From: an uncultured Alphaproteobacteria bacterium
Lineage (GTDB): Bacteria; Pseudomonadota; Alphaproteobacteria; Sphingomonadales; Sphingomonadaceae
Direction of reading: 5' to 3'
Length of the DNA: 64,000 nucleotides
NCBI GenBank assembly: GCA_963732535.1
Contig: CAVSZW010000002.1
Coordinates: 33-64,032 of the forward strand
Notes under the pieces: model-generated
What the model saw: the letters and a program-made list of their open reading frames with translations, nothing else
The model's database searches: none
Told to the model about the DNA's origin: nothing
Shown: positions 33,555 to 45,190 of the stretch, one piece after another
Layout: each line of letters starts with the position of its first letter
How positions within the stretch are numbered: the stretch's first letter is position 1
Position numbers and translations under genes: made by a program

Positions 33555-34054
33555 TCGAGATTTTCACGACGGGCGGAACGATAGACAAAGTCTATTTCGA
33601 CGCTCTGTCCGAATATCAAATTGGCCCGGCCGCCATCCCCGATCTGCTTCAGGAAAATAATGTTTTCGTCGCGCACCGCGTGACCCAATTGATGCGGAAA
33701 GACAGTCTCGATCTGACCGAGGAAGACCGAAAGGTGATCCGCGATGCCGTGGTCGCCAGCACGGCGGAAAAAATCCTGATCACCCATGGCACCGATACCA
33801 TGGCGCAAACCGGGCGGGCGCTGGCGGATATTGCAGGCAAAACCATTGTCCTGACGGGAGCGATGCAACCGGCCACGCTCCGCAACAGCGATGCCGAATT
33901 CAATGTCGGCTTTGCATTGGCGGCGGTGCAATGTTTGGGCGAAGGCGTCTATATCGCTATGAACGGGCAATTGTTCGATCCGGCACATGTGGCAAAGGAC
34001 CGCGCCGGACATCGCTTTGTTGCCTCCGGCTCGACAGGCTCAGGGCTACGGTGA
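33551..34054 (+). CDS. Short asparaginase-domain protein
   Basis: TTGGTIDK, KDSL, THGTDTM, LTGAMQP. Confidence 0.9.
   Translation: MIEIFTTGGTIDKVYFDALSEYQIGPAAIPDLLQENNVFVAHRVTQLMRKDSLDLTEEDRKVIRDAVVASTAEKILITHGTDTMAQTGRALADIAGKTIVLTGAMQPATLRNSDAEFNVGFALAAVQCLGEGVYIAMNGQLFDPAHVAKDRAGHRFVASGSTGSGLR
34023..34052. repeat. Half copy of the palindromic repeat, within the asparaginase 3' end
   Basis: CGGCTCGACAGGCTCAGGGCTACGGT, identical to the right arm of copy 1. Confidence 0.85.
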
Positions 34055-35122
34055 TGCTTTGATGACAATCGGAGAATCCCGGGTCACTAACCGCAATACC
34101 GCCCGGTAATCCGGCTCAATCCTCATCCGCTGGTGATATCCCCCTTTGCCGAGCAGTGCGTGCGCGGTCGGCAGGCTGTAGCAAGGTACACCCATGAATA
34201 AATGATGCTCGCTATGGTAATTCACCCAATAGGGCGCAACGGTGGCGCGTTCGAGCCAGCCTGCTTGCGTGGTGCGGGCATGGGTGAAGGGATCGTCGCT
34301 GCCGGTTGTGGTACAGGCATGTTCGGCGATGTTGCGGATACGCAGGAAAAGCTGGAATGTGGTGGCAAGCGCCAGCAGATAAAGCGCATAGGGCAACCAT
34401 CCCCACAGCAGCAGCGAAAGCGCCAGCAACATGGCTTGCACCAGCAGAAACCGCCCGACGGTTTTTGCAACAGGAATCGCCGCGCTTTCGTTCATCGGCG
34501 CGGAAAGGCCCGCCGAAGACTGCGCCTGCTTGTTAAAGGGAGTTCCGGCAACCGTGTTGCGCTTGCCCGGTTCTTCGCCGCCGGGCCGCAGCATCGCTTT
34601 TACCCCGCGCCACGCAAAGCCAAATTGCGCGGTGCGTTGCTTGAGAAAAGTCTGTCCGGTCAAATCGCGCATCGCCTTGCGCCACAGGCTGGCACGGCTG
34701 GTGGGGAACGGCGCGGACAAACCAAGATCGGGATCTTCGGGTTGCTGCGTGAAACGGTGGTGCGTCAAGTGATAGGCGCGGTAGCTTTGCAAATCGCTGC
34801 CTACGGCTGCCCCCGACGGCCATTCGCCCAGCCAGTTGTTGAGTTTACGGTTCGGACTAAGCAACCCGTGTGCGCCATCGTGCATCAGGATCGCCAGTCC
34901 CAATTGCCGCCCGCCCAATAGGGCAAGTGCCACCGGCGTCGCGGTTAATCCTGCGGCCCAATGAAAATCCCACGCCCAAGCCGCACCAAAAGCCGCGAGC
35001 GCCACCACGAGCCAGCCATGCAGCACCAGCCAAGCGCCCCGCCATTCGGACACATGGGTAATTGCGGCCCAATCTTGGGGCGCAAAAATTGTCTTGGGGT
35101 TGGCAGCTTTCACAGCGGGCAT
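34046..35122 (-). CDS. Fatty acid desaturase family protein
   Basis: His boxes HDGAH, HLTHH, HSEHH. Confidence 0.9.
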   Translation of the reverse strand: MPAVKAANPKTIFAPQDWAAITHVSEWRGAWLVLHGWLVVALAAFGAAWAWDFHWAAGLTATPVALALLGGRQLGLAILMHDGAHGLLSPNRKLNNWLGEWPSGAAVGSDLQSYRAYHLTHHRFTQQPEDPDLGLSAPFPTSRASLWRKAMRDLTGQTFLKQRTAQFGFAWRGVKAMLRPGGEEPGKRNTVAGTPFNKQAQSSAGLSAPMNESAAIPVAKTVGRFLLVQAMLLALSLLLWGWLPYALYLLALATTFQLFLRIRNIAEHACTTTGSDDPFTHARTTQAGWLERATVAPYWVNYHSEHHLFMGVPCYSLPTAHALLGKGGYHQRMRIEPDYRAVLRLVTRDSPIVIKASP

Positions 35123-35667
35123 GGCGGCAACATACGCGCTTTTGCCCAAGCTTCAAATCCGCTACGTCGCGGCGGCGCTACCCAATTAACGGCGGGCGCG
35201 TCCATATCCACCGCCTCGCCCAGCTCATAAACATTTTTATAGCCATAGCCATAGAGATTGATGAAGGTCTGGATATTGAGCGCCAGCGGCAGCGCCTTGG
35301 TTCTCACGGGATCGCGGTTATTGACGAAATTATTGTTGCAATAGATCAGGATTTCCCGGCCCCGGTTTTTGCCGATCACCTCGGCCAGTGAATCTGCGGT
35401 GAAATCGGGCAGCGGCAGATTGACCGCCCCTTTGATATGCCCCGCCTGAAACGCCCGCGCCGAACGCGCATCGAGGATCAACACATCGCGTTTGGCCCCG
35501 CGCTGGTTGAATTCATCGAGCTTTATCAGCCGTTTTAAACGGTGCGGCTGCACTTCGCTCGTCAGCTGCTGAAAACCGGCATAGTCGATCAGCGGGCTGC
35601 CAGCGCTTTGCTGAGCGGATAACGGCGTTGCCAGCAGGCAGGCGACGATAAGGATTGCGGATCGCAT
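35110..35667 (-). CDS. Secreted rhodanese-like domain protein
   Basis: Signal peptide; LDAR...GHIKGAVNL, IYCNNN. Confidence 0.85.
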   Translation of the reverse strand: MRSAILIVACLLATPLSAQQSAGSPLIDYAGFQQLTSEVQPHRLKRLIKLDEFNQRGAKRDVLILDARSARAFQAGHIKGAVNLPLPDFTADSLAEVIGKNRGREILIYCNNNFVNNRDPVRTKALPLALNIQTFINLYGYGYKNVYELGEAVDMDAPAVNWVAPPRRSGFEAWAKARMLPPCPL

Positions 35668-35731
35668 GGGGCAGTTTTCCTTCACCGAAAGGAAGAAGCT
35701 GCCCCGATGCGATTGAACGCCGAATGAACGC

Positions 35732-37557
35732 CTATTTCTGCGACGCAATCCAATCGTCGATTTTCTTTTCGAGCACGGTCAGCGGCAAAGCCCCTGTATT
35801 CAGCACCTGATTGTGGAATTCGCGGACGTCGAACCTGTCGCCCAGTGCTGCTTTTGATTTAGCCTTCAAGCGCTGGATGGTCAGCGCGCCGATTTTATAT
35901 GCGAGTGCCTGGGACGGGATGGCGATATAGCGCTCAACCTCTGCGGTCGCATCGGTTTTGCCCATGTCGCTGTTAGCGAGCATATAATCGATGGCCTGTT
36001 CGCGGGTCCAGCCTTTGGCATGGATGCCGGTATCAACCACCAGCCGCATTGCGCGCAGCATCTCGTCTGACAGTGTTCCGAAACGTTGATAGGGATCGGT
36101 GAACAGCTCCATTTCATAGCCTAAAGTTTCCGCGTAGAGCGCCCAGCCTTCAACATAGGCGGTGTTGCCGCCAAAGCGCATGAAGGCCGGCAGGCGTTTC
36201 ATTTTCTTGCGCGATGCTGATCTGGAAATGATGGCCCGGCGCACCTTCGTGCAAGTAGAGCGTGGTCATCCCGGGCGTGGTCCGGCTGGGAAGATCATAG
36301 GCGTTGAAATAGAATATGCCGGGGCGTTTGCCGTCAGGGGTGCCGGATTGGTAGCTGCCGCCCGCTTCGTATTTTTCGCGGAATTCTTCATAAGGCCGGA
36401 TTTCGAGCGGGGCCTTGGGTAGATATTTGAACTGGGTTTTGATTACCCCATCCACCTTTTTGCCCAGATCATAATAGCCCTGCGTCAGGCCTTCGCGGCT
36501 TTTCGGTTTGAACTGGGCATCACTACGGAGATGCTCGAAAAATTCGGGAAGCGTACCTTTGAAGCCCACTTCCTGTTTGATCGCCTCCATACCGCCTTTG
36601 ATCCGCGCGACTTCTGAAAGGCCCAGTGCGTGGATGGCTTCGGCCTTCATCGGCAGCGTGGTGGTCGATTCAATCTGGTAATCATACAGCGTCTTGCCGC
36701 CCTTCATATGCATCAAACCAGCGCCCTCGCGCGCCACGGGCAGATAATCATTTTTCAGGAAATCGCGTAAGCGAACATAGGCGGGGTAAATCCCCTTCTC
36801 GATGGCATCGCGGTGGCCCGCCGTCAGCCTTGCCTTGTCAGCTGTCCGAAAAGCCGTCTGGAAATTTTTTGACAGGGCCGAAATAGGGTGACTCTTCGGC
36901 TTTCTGCGCCAGTTGGGTATCGAGCTGGTCGATCACATTGCGGATCGTCATTTTGGTTTCGACGACGCCTGATTTCATGCCTTCGCGGAACCGGCCAATC
37001 GAAGCATCGAGCAGTCCGACAAATTCTTTATGTCGTTTCAGGTTGTTCTCATAATCGGCAATCGTTTTGAACGGAGCCGCTCCCTGCCCGCTGGCGAAAT
37101 TCGGGTAGAAGGTGTGGAAGCCAAAAAAATGGTTGATCGGACGCACCGCCGTCAATTGCAGATATGGCTTGGACAGGCCCTTGATCGTATCATTCTGGTT
37201 TCGCAAAAAGACATCATAGGCAATTTTCTCGGTCGGGTTCAGTTTCGCCCGCTTGATCGTTTTCAGTCTTTTGATGTTATCCTGTGCGGCTTTGCGCTCA
37301 CCATCAAAATAGGCGTCGCTGACGAAATCACCCAACCGGTCCGCATAGCGCATATCGCCGCGAAACAGCGCGCTGATCGGATTGCGTTTCAGGCTGGCTT
37401 CGTCGTCGGCGGCAAACAATGCCGTCATTTTTGCGCCTTCGGCACTGGGCGCACCGACCCAGGATGGCGGCGTTTCGGCGGCGGTAGCGATTGAAAAAGG
37501 TGAAACGGCGCTGCCCGCGATGAGCGCAGCGCAAATGGCTTTTGAGAAAATTTTCAT
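35732..37557 (-). CDS. DUF885 domain protein (two apparent frameshifts)
   Basis: HEGAPGHHFQ, EGWALYAE, RLVVDTGIH, QALAYKIG across three ORFs. Confidence 0.88.
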
Positions 37558-37681
37558 TTAAGAGTTCCCGGACAATTGGAACAGCTTTGCGCCATTCCTT
37601 GAATGGTTCGCTTTCAAAACAAGCATTACTGCGCCGACAAGTGTGTTTCGATAGACGACATGTCCACTCGTCCAAATCCGC

Positions 37682-38384
37682 TTAACCGCCGTTCAAAGCC
37701 AGCCAGTCATTCTGCCGATACCATTTGGTAATCACATGCTTCACGCCGTTTTTAACGGGAGTTCCCGTGTGCAGCGTGTTGTAGTTCAAACTGCCGTCGG
37801 GGTTGCAATTATTCCAGATCAGCATCGTTCCCGCTTCAGGCCGGATACCGATTTTGACGTGAGGAAATTCGGTTTCGCCTCCTTCTTCCGGGACATCGAG
37901 ATAGATCATCGCCGTCCAGCTGCGTTGCCCGCCATTGGGGCCTTCATGATCCCAATAGCCTTGCCCGGGATGGAAGAAATCATGGTGCGCCTTGAATTCC
38001 TGCCCCGCTTGTATAACGTTGCCCCTGCATTGTCTCGGCATGGCGATTGGGGATACCCAATATGGCACTCATCCGTTTTTCGACATTGGCAATATCGGGA
38101 TCGCTGCGGTCAAGATGACAGCTATAACTGGTGCGGAATCCCGGCTTTTCGGTGCCTTTGTATAAAGTGGACGGAACAGCATTGGCATCAATCTTTGCGA
38201 TCAGCAGCCGGCAATCCGCATCGGAGAGGAATTGGCGATAAACCAGCAATTCCAGATTTTCGACTTCGACCGGAATTACATTGGGATTGCGCGCCAGCTT
38301 TGTCCGCACCGTCTGCCCGATCCACGCCAGTTTGGCCGGATCGCTATTGGGATCGATACTGGTTTGTACGTCGTTGCCGTCCAT
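37682..38384 (-). CDS. 2OG-Fe(II) oxygenase, prolyl-4-hydroxylase-like (frameshift near 38010)
   Basis: RTS, QGQRY, HHD, GGET.F, LH...PV..G.K..ITKW.R. Confidence 0.85.
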
Positions 38385-38495
38385 GAGTGCGCCCGTCAGG
38401 ATTTACCGACTCATGCGATGGCGGCGCGCTTGTTTCAAGCAGAAACCCGGACCGATTGCTCGGCCCGGGTTTCATCCTTCCGGCGGGATCAGGAA

Positions 38496-39512
38496 TTACC
38501 AGAAGAAATCGTAAATCACATCGACAACATGGCCGTTGCGAAGATCGATCAGCAACACGTCGTCATAATAACGGACCCAGCGATACGATCCCCAGACGTC
38601 TGGCAGGCGATACTGCCAAGGATCGTTGATCCAATAATGGTCGCTGTAATAATTATGGCCGAGGTACAGACCGATGGAGAAGCGGCGATAGCGGCTGTAA
38701 CGATCCGGCGCGTGATAACGGCCTATCCGGTAATTGTCGCCATAGCGCTGCCGGTGGCTGCGATAGTCATAGCGGCGATCATTGCGCCAGCCATTGTCCC
38801 AGCGGCGGCTGTCGTTTCGGCCATAGTTGCCGCTGCGATTATGGTTGCTCCCATCACGACTGTTATAGCCGCGATTGTCATAGCCGCGCCTATCATCTCC
38901 GCGCCTGTCATTATTGCTCCATTGCCGATCATCACGGCGCTGGTTTTGTGGCGCGTCTTCGTAACGGCGATTATCGTTGCGCCCGTCATTGCGGCCATCG
39001 TTCCAGTTTCTATCTGCGCCGCTTTCGCGGTCGGAACGATAGCCGCGCGCTGTGCTGCGATCATTGCTGCGCTGGTCATTGCGACCCCGCCATTCAGGCT
39101 GTTGCTGCGGCGCAGATTGCTGTTGTTGCTGGGGCGCCTGGCTCCAGCCGCGATTGCCGCGACGTTCCTGTCTTTGATAGTCGCCACTGGGAGCCTGTTG
39201 CTGGGGTGCCTGTTGTTGTGGAGCCTGGCTCCAGTTGCCACCACGCTGCCGTCCGCCACCTTGCGGTGCTTGCGATTGCTGCTGGCTCTGCTGTTGCTGA
39301 TTTTGGCTCTGGTTTTGGCCCTGATTCTGGCCCTGATTTTGGCCACGTCCCCAGCTGCCTCGGCGATCACCATCGTGCCCGCCGCGCCGATAATCCGCAT
39401 CGCCGCCTGTTTCGACCGTTGCTTGTCCGTTAGGCACGGGCGCATCTGCCGCCTGTGCAGCTGGCGTCAAAAACGTTGCGGCAATCAAAAGCCCGAAAAA
39501 TGTGCGTTTCAT
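38496..39512 (-). CDS. RcnB family protein with a long low-complexity Q/G/R/N/D region
   Basis: C-terminal YRWVRYYDDVLLID...G.VVDVIYDFFW; signal peptide. Confidence 0.85.
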   Translation of the reverse strand: MKRTFFGLLIAATFLTPAAQAADAPVPNGQATVETGGDADYRRGGHDGDRRGSWGRGQNQGQNQGQNQSQNQQQQSQQQSQAPQGGGRQRGGNWSQAPQQQAPQQQAPSGDYQRQERRGNRGWSQAPQQQQQSAPQQQPEWRGRNDQRSNDRSTARGYRSDRESGADRNWNDGRNDGRNDNRRYEDAPQNQRRDDRQWSNNDRRGDDRRGYDNRGYNSRDGSNHNRSGNYGRNDSRRWDNGWRNDRRYDYRSHRQRYGDNYRIGRYHAPDRYSRYRRFSIGLYLGHNYYSDHYWINDPWQYRLPDVWGSYRWVRYYDDVLLIDLRNGHVVDVIYDFFW

Positions 39513-39640
39513 CACTTTTCCCCAATGACTCGCAGACACGATGTCTGTGGTCTAACGGGTCCTGTATGACGCCAAATGGCTGTCTCGTCGCTGAACGGGG
39601 CAGTCATGTTCATGAAAGGTGCGATTTTTATGAACAGAAC

Positions 39641-40321
39641 TTATTGGCCGATTTCCGCGAAAGGCGTGTCGAGAATGGGAAACGCTTCCCAACCGATAAA
39701 ATCAAAATGCCACCATTCGTTAGACATTCCGCGAAAACCCTCTGCCTCCATATAGGTTGCGAGTCGCATGCGATTGGCGATAGCAGCGGCGGGAGCGTCC
39801 ATAAAATCGCGGTGTGCGCGTTCGCTGAATTCATCATAGCCGCTGGGCATTTCGACGTGTGCGCCCGTTGCGCGATCATGCAGGCTCAGATCGACCGCAC
39901 AGCCGCGATTATGACGCGATCCTTGCTTCGGATTGGCGACATAATTGCGCTTCGGCCCCGGCGGCGTTGCGTCCCATAATGTCTTGGTGATGGCCCAAGG
40001 GCGATAGCCGTCAAATATGGTCAGGCCAAAGCCGTCGGCCTGCGCCCGTTTGTGCGCGCGGACCAATGCCTCGGCGGCGGCACGGACAAGAAAGGCGCGC
40101 GGCTGATCGTACAGTATTTTGCCGGTGAAATTATCCGCCGTTGCATAGCGGATATCGAGTTTGATCGTGGGATCGAGCGCGATCAGTTCAACCAGATCGC
40201 CGGGCTTTCCGGCTGCCGATTTGGGCGAAATCTGTGTCGGTTGATTTTCAACCGGACCTTGGCGACAAGCACCCAGCATGGGCAGCAACGCGGCCCCGGC
40301 GGCAAAATAACGCCGGTTCAG
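39641..40321 (-). CDS. D-Ala-D-Ala dipeptidase (M15D, VanX/DdpX family), probable lipoprotein
   Basis: RYAT.DNF.G, DGYRP, SRHNRG.AVD, EWWHFD; start approximate. Confidence 0.9.
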   Translation of the reverse strand: MNRRYFAAGAALLPMLGACRQGPVENQPTQISPKSAAGKPGDLVELIALDPTIKLDIRYATADNFTGKILYDQPRAFLVRAAAEALVRAHKRAQADGFGLTIFDGYRPWAITKTLWDATPPGPKRNYVANPKQGSRHNRGCAVDLSLHDRATGAHVEMPSGYDEFSERAHRDFMDAPAAAIANRMRLATYMEAEGFRGMSNEWWHFDFIGWEAFPILDTPFAEIGQ

Positions 40322-41667
40322 CTGTCCTGTTTCGCCAGCCACTCTTCGAGCCATTTGATCGTATAATCGCCGTTGATCACATCGGGATCGCGCAGTAACT
40401 CCTGATGCAGCGGGATGTTGGTCTTGATCCCCGAAATCACCATTTCTTCCAGAGCGCGGCGCATCCGCATCATACAGCTTTCGCGCGTCCGGCCATAAGT
40501 TATCAGCTTGGCGACCATGAAGTCATAATAAGGCGGTACACGATAGCCCGAATATAGCCCGCTATCGACGCGGACATGCATCCCGCCTGCTGCGTGGTAA
40601 TAGGTCACCTCGCCGGGCGACGGAGCAAATGTACGCGGGTCTTCGGCGTTGATCCGACATTCGATCGAATGGCCGCGAAATTCCAGGTCTTCCTGTTTCA
40701 CCGAAAGCCCGCGACCATCGGCGACGCGGATCTGTTCGCGCACCAGATCAAAGCCGGTGATCATTTCGGTGACGGGATGCTCAACCTGAATCCGGGTGTT
40801 CATTTCGATGAAGTAAAATTCGCCGTTTTCCCAAAGAAATTCAATCGTGCCCGCGCCGCGATAGTGCATATCGGCCATTGCGTTTGATACCACAGCCCCC
40901 ATGCGCGCGCGTTCATCGGCGGAAATGACGGGCGAGGGCGCTTCTTCCAAAACCTTTTGGTGGCGGCGTTGCAGCGAGCAATCGCGCTCGCCCAGATGGA
41001 TGGCATGGCCTTCGCCGTCTCCGAAAACCTGAAATTCAATATGGCGCGGATTGCCGAGATATTTTTCGAGATAGACGGTGGCATCGCCAAAGGCCGCCTT
41101 CGCCTCTGTCCCCGCTTGCTGCATCTGGGTTTCCAGCTCGCCTTCGCTGTTCACCACCTTCATACCGCGACCGCCGCCGCCCGACGCCGCCTTGATGATC
41201 ACAGGATAGCCGATGTCGCGGGCGATAGCTTTCGCTTCGCCCACATCCTCGATAGCACCAGCGGAGCCGGGAACCAGCGGCATCCCAAGTGCGCCTGCGG
41301 TGCGCTTTGCCTCCACCTTATCGCCCATGGTGCGGATATGTTCGGGCTTCGGGCCGATGAAGGCGATGCCGTGGCTTTCGATAATCTCGGCAAATTGTGC
41401 GTTTTCAGACAGAAAGCCATAGCCCGGGTGGATCGCATCGGCATGGCTGATTTCGGCTGCCGAAATGATCGCCGGAACATTCAAATAGCTGTCTTTGGCC
41501 GCCGGCGGCCCTATGCAGATCGCTTCGTCGGCAAGGCGGACATGCATGGCGTCGGCATCGGCGGTGGAGTGCACGGCGACGGTCTTTATGCCCATCTCAT
41601 GCGCCGCGCGGTGGATGCGGAGCGCGATTTCGCCGCGATTGGCGATCAGGATTTTTTCGATGGCCAT
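40318..41667 (-). CDS. accC: Acetyl-CoA carboxylase, biotin carboxylase subunit
   Basis: [34 protein letters not shown]. Confidence 0.97.
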   Translation of the reverse strand: MAIEKILIANRGEIALRIHRAAHEMGIKTVAVHSTADADAMHVRLADEAICIGPPAAKDSYLNVPAIISAAEISHADAIHPGYGFLSENAQFAEIIESHGIAFIGPKPEHIRTMGDKVEAKRTAGALGMPLVPGSAGAIEDVGEAKAIARDIGYPVIIKAASGGGGRGMKVVNSEGELETQMQQAGTEAKAAFGDATVYLEKYLGNPRHIEFQVFGDGEGHAIHLGERDCSLQRRHQKVLEEAPSPVISADERARMGAVVSNAMADMHYRGAGTIEFLWENGEFYFIEMNTRIQVEHPVTEMITGFDLVREQIRVADGRGLSVKQEDLEFRGHSIECRINAEDPRTFAPSPGEVTYYHAAGGMHVRVDSGLYSGYRVPPYYDFMVAKLITYGRTRESCMMRMRRALEEMVISGIKTNIPLHQELLRDPDVINGDYTIKWLEEWLAKQDS

Positions 41668-41677
41668 GATGAAGCGC

Positions 41678-42151
41678 TTACTCGATAACCATCAAGGGCT
41701 GATCGAATTCAACCGGCTGTCCGCTCTCGACGAAAATGGCCTTCACCGTACCGCCATTGGGGGCGATGATCGGGTTCATCACCTTCATTGCCTCGATGAT
41801 GAGCACGGTATCGCCTGCCGCCACCTTGTCACCCACGCTGGCAAAGGGCGCGGCGTCGGGCTCTGGTGTCAAATAGGCTGTGCCGACCATCGGCGATTTG
41901 AGCGCATTGGCAGATGGTGCCGTAGATGCAGCCTCCGCCTGTGCGGCAGCAGGCGCGGCTACTGGGGCAGGGGCGGCGGGTGCAGCATAAGCAATCGGGG
42001 CCGCGACCATCGTCCGCGAAACGCGGATTTTGCGCTCACCGTCCTCGACTTCGATCTCGCTTAAACCCGTATCGTTCAGCATGTCCGCCAGTTCGCGAAC
42101 CAATTTGGTATCGACGGTCATCCCGCCTGTGCTGCCCGATTTTGCGGCCAT
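41678..42151 (-). CDS. accB: Biotin carboxyl carrier protein
   Basis: SPMVGT, EAMKVMN, Ala/Pro linker. Confidence 0.96.
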   Translation of the reverse strand: MAAKSGSTGGMTVDTKLVRELADMLNDTGLSEIEVEDGERKIRVSRTMVAAPIAYAAPAAPAPVAAPAAAQAEAASTAPSANALKSPMVGTAYLTPEPDAAPFASVGDKVAAGDTVLIIEAMKVMNPIIAPNGGTVKAIFVESGQPVEFDQPLMVIE

Positions 42152-42200
42152 TAGTGTTGTCCTTATCCTGTGACGCCAGAGCGATATCGCGCCGCTATAG

Positions 42201-42641
42201 TCAAAGTTGCGCGGCTGCGTCCAGCGCCAGTTCATAAGATTTCGCCCCATGCCCCGCGATGCAGCTATGCGCCGCCATGCCGACATAGCTGATATGGCGG
42301 AAAGCCTCACGTTTGTGTGGGTCCGAAAGATGAACCTCGATCACCGGTAATTGAATGGCTTTGATCGCATCGTGAAGCGCAATCGAAGTGTGTGTATAGG
42401 CCCCTGCATTGAGCAACACTGCCTTTGCACCCACGCTCCGCGCTTCATGCAGCCAATCGACCAGATGGCCTTCATGGTTCGATTGGCGAAAATCGATATC
42501 AAATCCCAGCGCCTGTGCCTGATCGTCGAGGCGGCCCGCGATATCATCGAGGGTATCGGTCCCGTAAATCTCCGGCTCACGCGTACCAAGCAGATTAAGA
42601 TTGGGGCCGTTGAGGACGAAGATGATGGGGCGTTTGGGCAT
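42201..42641 (-). CDS. aroQ: Type II 3-dehydroquinate dehydratase
   Basis: [29 protein letters not shown]. Confidence 0.96.
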   Translation of the reverse strand: MPKRPIIFVLNGPNLNLLGTREPEIYGTDTLDDIAGRLDDQAQALGFDIDFRQSNHEGHLVDWLHEARSVGAKAVLLNAGAYTHTSIALHDAIKAIQLPVIEVHLSDPHKREAFRHISYVGMAAHSCIAGHGAKSYELALDAAAQL

Positions 42642-42707
42642 GATTGATTTTCTCTAAAGGTAGTTGCCGCCTATAGAAAGCCCGGCCCGCTTGTGCAAAG
42701 CAAAGTC

Positions 42708-43559
42708 ATGGGAGACGTTTTGCCTGAATTTTCGGATTATATCGTGTTCGTCGACGAAAGCGGCTCGCCGACGCTTAGTCGGATTGATCCAGAATATCCG
42801 ATTTTTGTGCTGGTTTTATGCGTGTTCAAGAAAGCCCATTATACAGCTAAAATTCAACCCGCAGTTTCAAACGTTTGAAACTGGAGCATTTTGGGCATGA
42901 CACCACTGTTTTACACAGCTCGGATATCCGCAAAAAGCGCGGCGATTTCAATTTCTTAATTGATGTTGATAAGCATGACAAATTCACAGCAGGTATTGAT
43001 CGATTATGTGGCAGATTCGGAAATGGAGGTGATAGCGCATGTCATAGATAAGAGATTGATAACAGGTGTCGCCGCCGAGCAGTTCACACATCCTGCATAT
43101 GATCCATATTACGTCGCGTTAAGAATGGCGCTATTCTCACTGTTTGGAATTTTGCGGCAACAGCAGCAGGGAGGACGCGTAACCCATATTATTGCAGAGG
43201 CCCGAGGTAAGTTTGAAGATCGCCTGTTAAAAAGTGATTTAAATCGGCATTTGGAAGAGTTAAAAAAATTCAGTTTCGGTGAAGGTAGGGACTTTCACAA
43301 TTTCCCAATAGAATTACTGTTTGCCGAGAAAAAATCAAATTCGGCAGGTCTGCAGTTGGCTGACTTAATCGGTCACCCGATTGGAAGGAACTACCTCAAT
43401 CCCGAACAGAAAAATCATGCATTTGAAATCGTCCGCACCAAGCTTTACGGACGAATTGGAAATATCACCATAATCCAAGAAAGCGAAAGGCCCCAGATCT
43501 CTCTGAGGCCTAGCGCCGACCGGGAACTCCCAGTCCACTTGCAAACTTTATACAGTTGA
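42708..43559 (+). CDS. DUF3800 domain protein (RNase H-like fold; apparent frameshifts)
   Basis: IVFVDESG, VLHSSDIRK, EARG, KKSNSAGLQLADL across frames; AT-rich. Confidence 0.8.
43479..43542 (+). ncRNA. Candidate DUF3800-associated structured RNA motif
   Basis: Hairpins at 43488-43511 and 43518-43535, enclosed by AAGCG/CACTT, at the 3' end of the DUF3800 gene. Confidence 0.55.
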
Positions 43560-43590
43560 ATGACGAATAAGTCAAGGTATCTTGCCAGTT

Positions 43591-43810
43591 ATGACCGACC
43601 AGCCCGCCTCTCACCCTCACCCTCAATGGCGAACCCCATCGCATCGCCTTGGGCAGTTCCGTCGCCGATCTTGTTCGCCAAATCGGGCTTGATCCCAAAA
43701 AGGTTGCGGTCGAGCGCAATCTTGAAATCGTGCCGCGATCAACACTCGCCAACGTGATATTGGCCGAGGGCGATAACCTTGAGATTGTGCACTTTGTCGG
43801 TGGCGGCTAA
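43591..43810 (+). CDS. thiS: Sulfur carrier protein ThiS (1-nt frameshift near the start)
   Basis: LNGE...[14 protein letters not shown]...[10 protein letters not shown] stop. Confidence 0.9.
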
Positions 43811-43821
43811 GGCGCGACGCT

Positions 43822-44607
43822 ATGAACCAAGCCCAAAACACCGACAGCTGGACCGTCGCCGGACATACATTCCAAAGCCGCCTGATTGTCGGCACGGGGA
43901 AATATAAGGATTTCGAGCAGAATGCGGCTGCCTTGGTCGCTTCGGGTGCAGAGATTATCACCGTGGCTGTGCGCCGGGTGAATGTGTCCGATCCCAAAGC
44001 ACCGATGTTGACGGATTTTATCGATCCGAAAAAATACACCTATCTCCCCAACACTGCCGGTTGCTTTACCGCCGATGACGCGATCCGCACTTTGCGGCTG
44101 GCGCGCGAAGCGGGGGGATGGGATCTGGTGAAGCTGGAAGTTTTGGGCGAGGCCAAGACGCTGTATCCCGACATGCGCGAAACATTGCGCGCCACAGAAG
44201 TGTTGGCGAACGAAGGCTTTCTTCCCATGGTTTACTGCGTCGATGATCCCATTGCCGCGAAGCAATTGGAAGATGCAGGTGCGGTTGCGGTCATGCCACT
44301 GGGCGCGCCCATTGGTTCGGGCCTCGGCATCCAGAACCGCGTGACGATCCGGTTGATCGTCGAAGGCGCAAAGGTTCCGGTGCTGGTCGATGCAGGCGTC
44401 GGAACCGCGAGCGACGCCGCCGTCGGCATGGAATTGGGCTGCGACGGCATTTTGATGAACACCGCGATTGCCGAAGCCAAAGACCCGGTCCGTATGGCCC
44501 TTGCGATGAAGCTGGCGGTTCAGGCCGGTCGCGTGGCCTATTTGGCCGGCCGCATGGGAAGGCGGATGTATGCCGATCCTTCGAGTCCGTTGGCGGGCCT
44601 GATTTAG
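43822..44607 (+). CDS. thiG: Thiazole synthase
   Basis: [31 protein letters not shown]. Confidence 0.97.
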   Translation: MNQAQNTDSWTVAGHTFQSRLIVGTGKYKDFEQNAAALVASGAEIITVAVRRVNVSDPKAPMLTDFIDPKKYTYLPNTAGCFTADDAIRTLRLAREAGGWDLVKLEVLGEAKTLYPDMRETLRATEVLANEGFLPMVYCVDDPIAAKQLEDAGAVAVMPLGAPIGSGLGIQNRVTIRLIVEGAKVPVLVDAGVGTASDAAVGMELGCDGILMNTAIAEAKDPVRMALAMKLAVQAGRVAYLAGRMGRRMYADPSSPLAGLI

Positions 44608-44628
44608 AGTCAGGTTAAGCAGCCAAAA

Positions 44629-44704
44629 CGCATTTCATCGACGGCGCATTGCCGTTGGTCATGTCGTTTGTCGCACGGTCGAACCAAGACGCATTTCAAC
44701 GAAA
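44629..44704 (+). promoter_or_regulatory. Four phased imperfect direct repeats, putative LytTR-binding sites
   Basis: TTCATCGA (44634), TTGGTCAT (44655), ACGGTCGA (44675), TTCAACGA (44695); period 20-21 bp. Confidence 0.55.
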
Positions 44705-44826
44705 CTGTAGTGCTTGACTAATACAGTCCGGCTATTGCTTTCAAGGCAGGCCGGGTGGTGCTTTTAGCTCCCCAGTTTCAGTTGCCCTCCGGTCTGCGCC
44801 CTTTCCCTATATTTGAGGAGGATATT

Positions 44827-45096
44827 ATGACGACCCTGAAAATTCTTGGCTCCCTGTCGGCGATTGCCATGTTTTGCGCTCCGGCGCTGGTTTCGGCGCG
44901 GTCGGTCTCGGTAGACGTGCACGATCTCGATCTTGCCAGCAAAGCTGGCCGGGACCAGCTCGATAAACGCATAGATCGCGCGGCGCGCCGGGTGTGTGCA
45001 ACAAACGAAATCCGAGGCGCAGCAGCAACCCGGCGCGAGGCCAGTTGCCGTGTCCATGCCAAAGACACGGCAAAGGCGCAGCTTAGCCAAAATTAA
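44827..45096 (+). CDS. UrcA family protein
   Basis: GAGGAGGA SD; signal peptide; V...DLDLAS.AG...LD.RI.RAAR.VC...C. Confidence 0.85.
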   Translation: MTTLKILGSLSAIAMFCAPALVSARSVSVDVHDLDLASKAGRDQLDKRIDRAARRVCATNEIRGAAATRREASCRVHAKDTAKAQLSQN

Positions 45097-45140
45097 CTCC
45101 GGTTCCAGTCCTGTACCCATCCTATCGGGTCAGGTCCCTT

Positions 45141-45190
45141 GGCCCCGGTGGCCCAAACGTTCTGGTCTTGGCTGCCGGGGCCCTTTATTT
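45141..45190. terminator. Hairpin between the convergent urcA-like and LytTR genes
   Basis: GGCCCCGGTGGC...GCTGCCGGGGCC followed by CTTTATTT. Confidence 0.5.

Noticed and set aside
39100-39350. 12-bp tandem repeats in the RcnB gene (QGQN and QQAP units)
   Set aside because: In-frame low-complexity coding repeats common in this family; no sign of phase variation
38232-39569. 445-aa hydrophobic plus-strand ORF
   Set aside because: Antisense shadow of the low-complexity RcnB gene; no recognisable domain
39641-40321. VanX-like gene as vancomycin resistance
   Set aside because: No vanHAB/vanRS context; ordinary D,D-dipeptidase in a Gram-negative organism
40515-40535. accC reads YYDFMVAK where YYDS is usual
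   Set aside because: A single substitution in an error-prone assembly; cannot be interpreted
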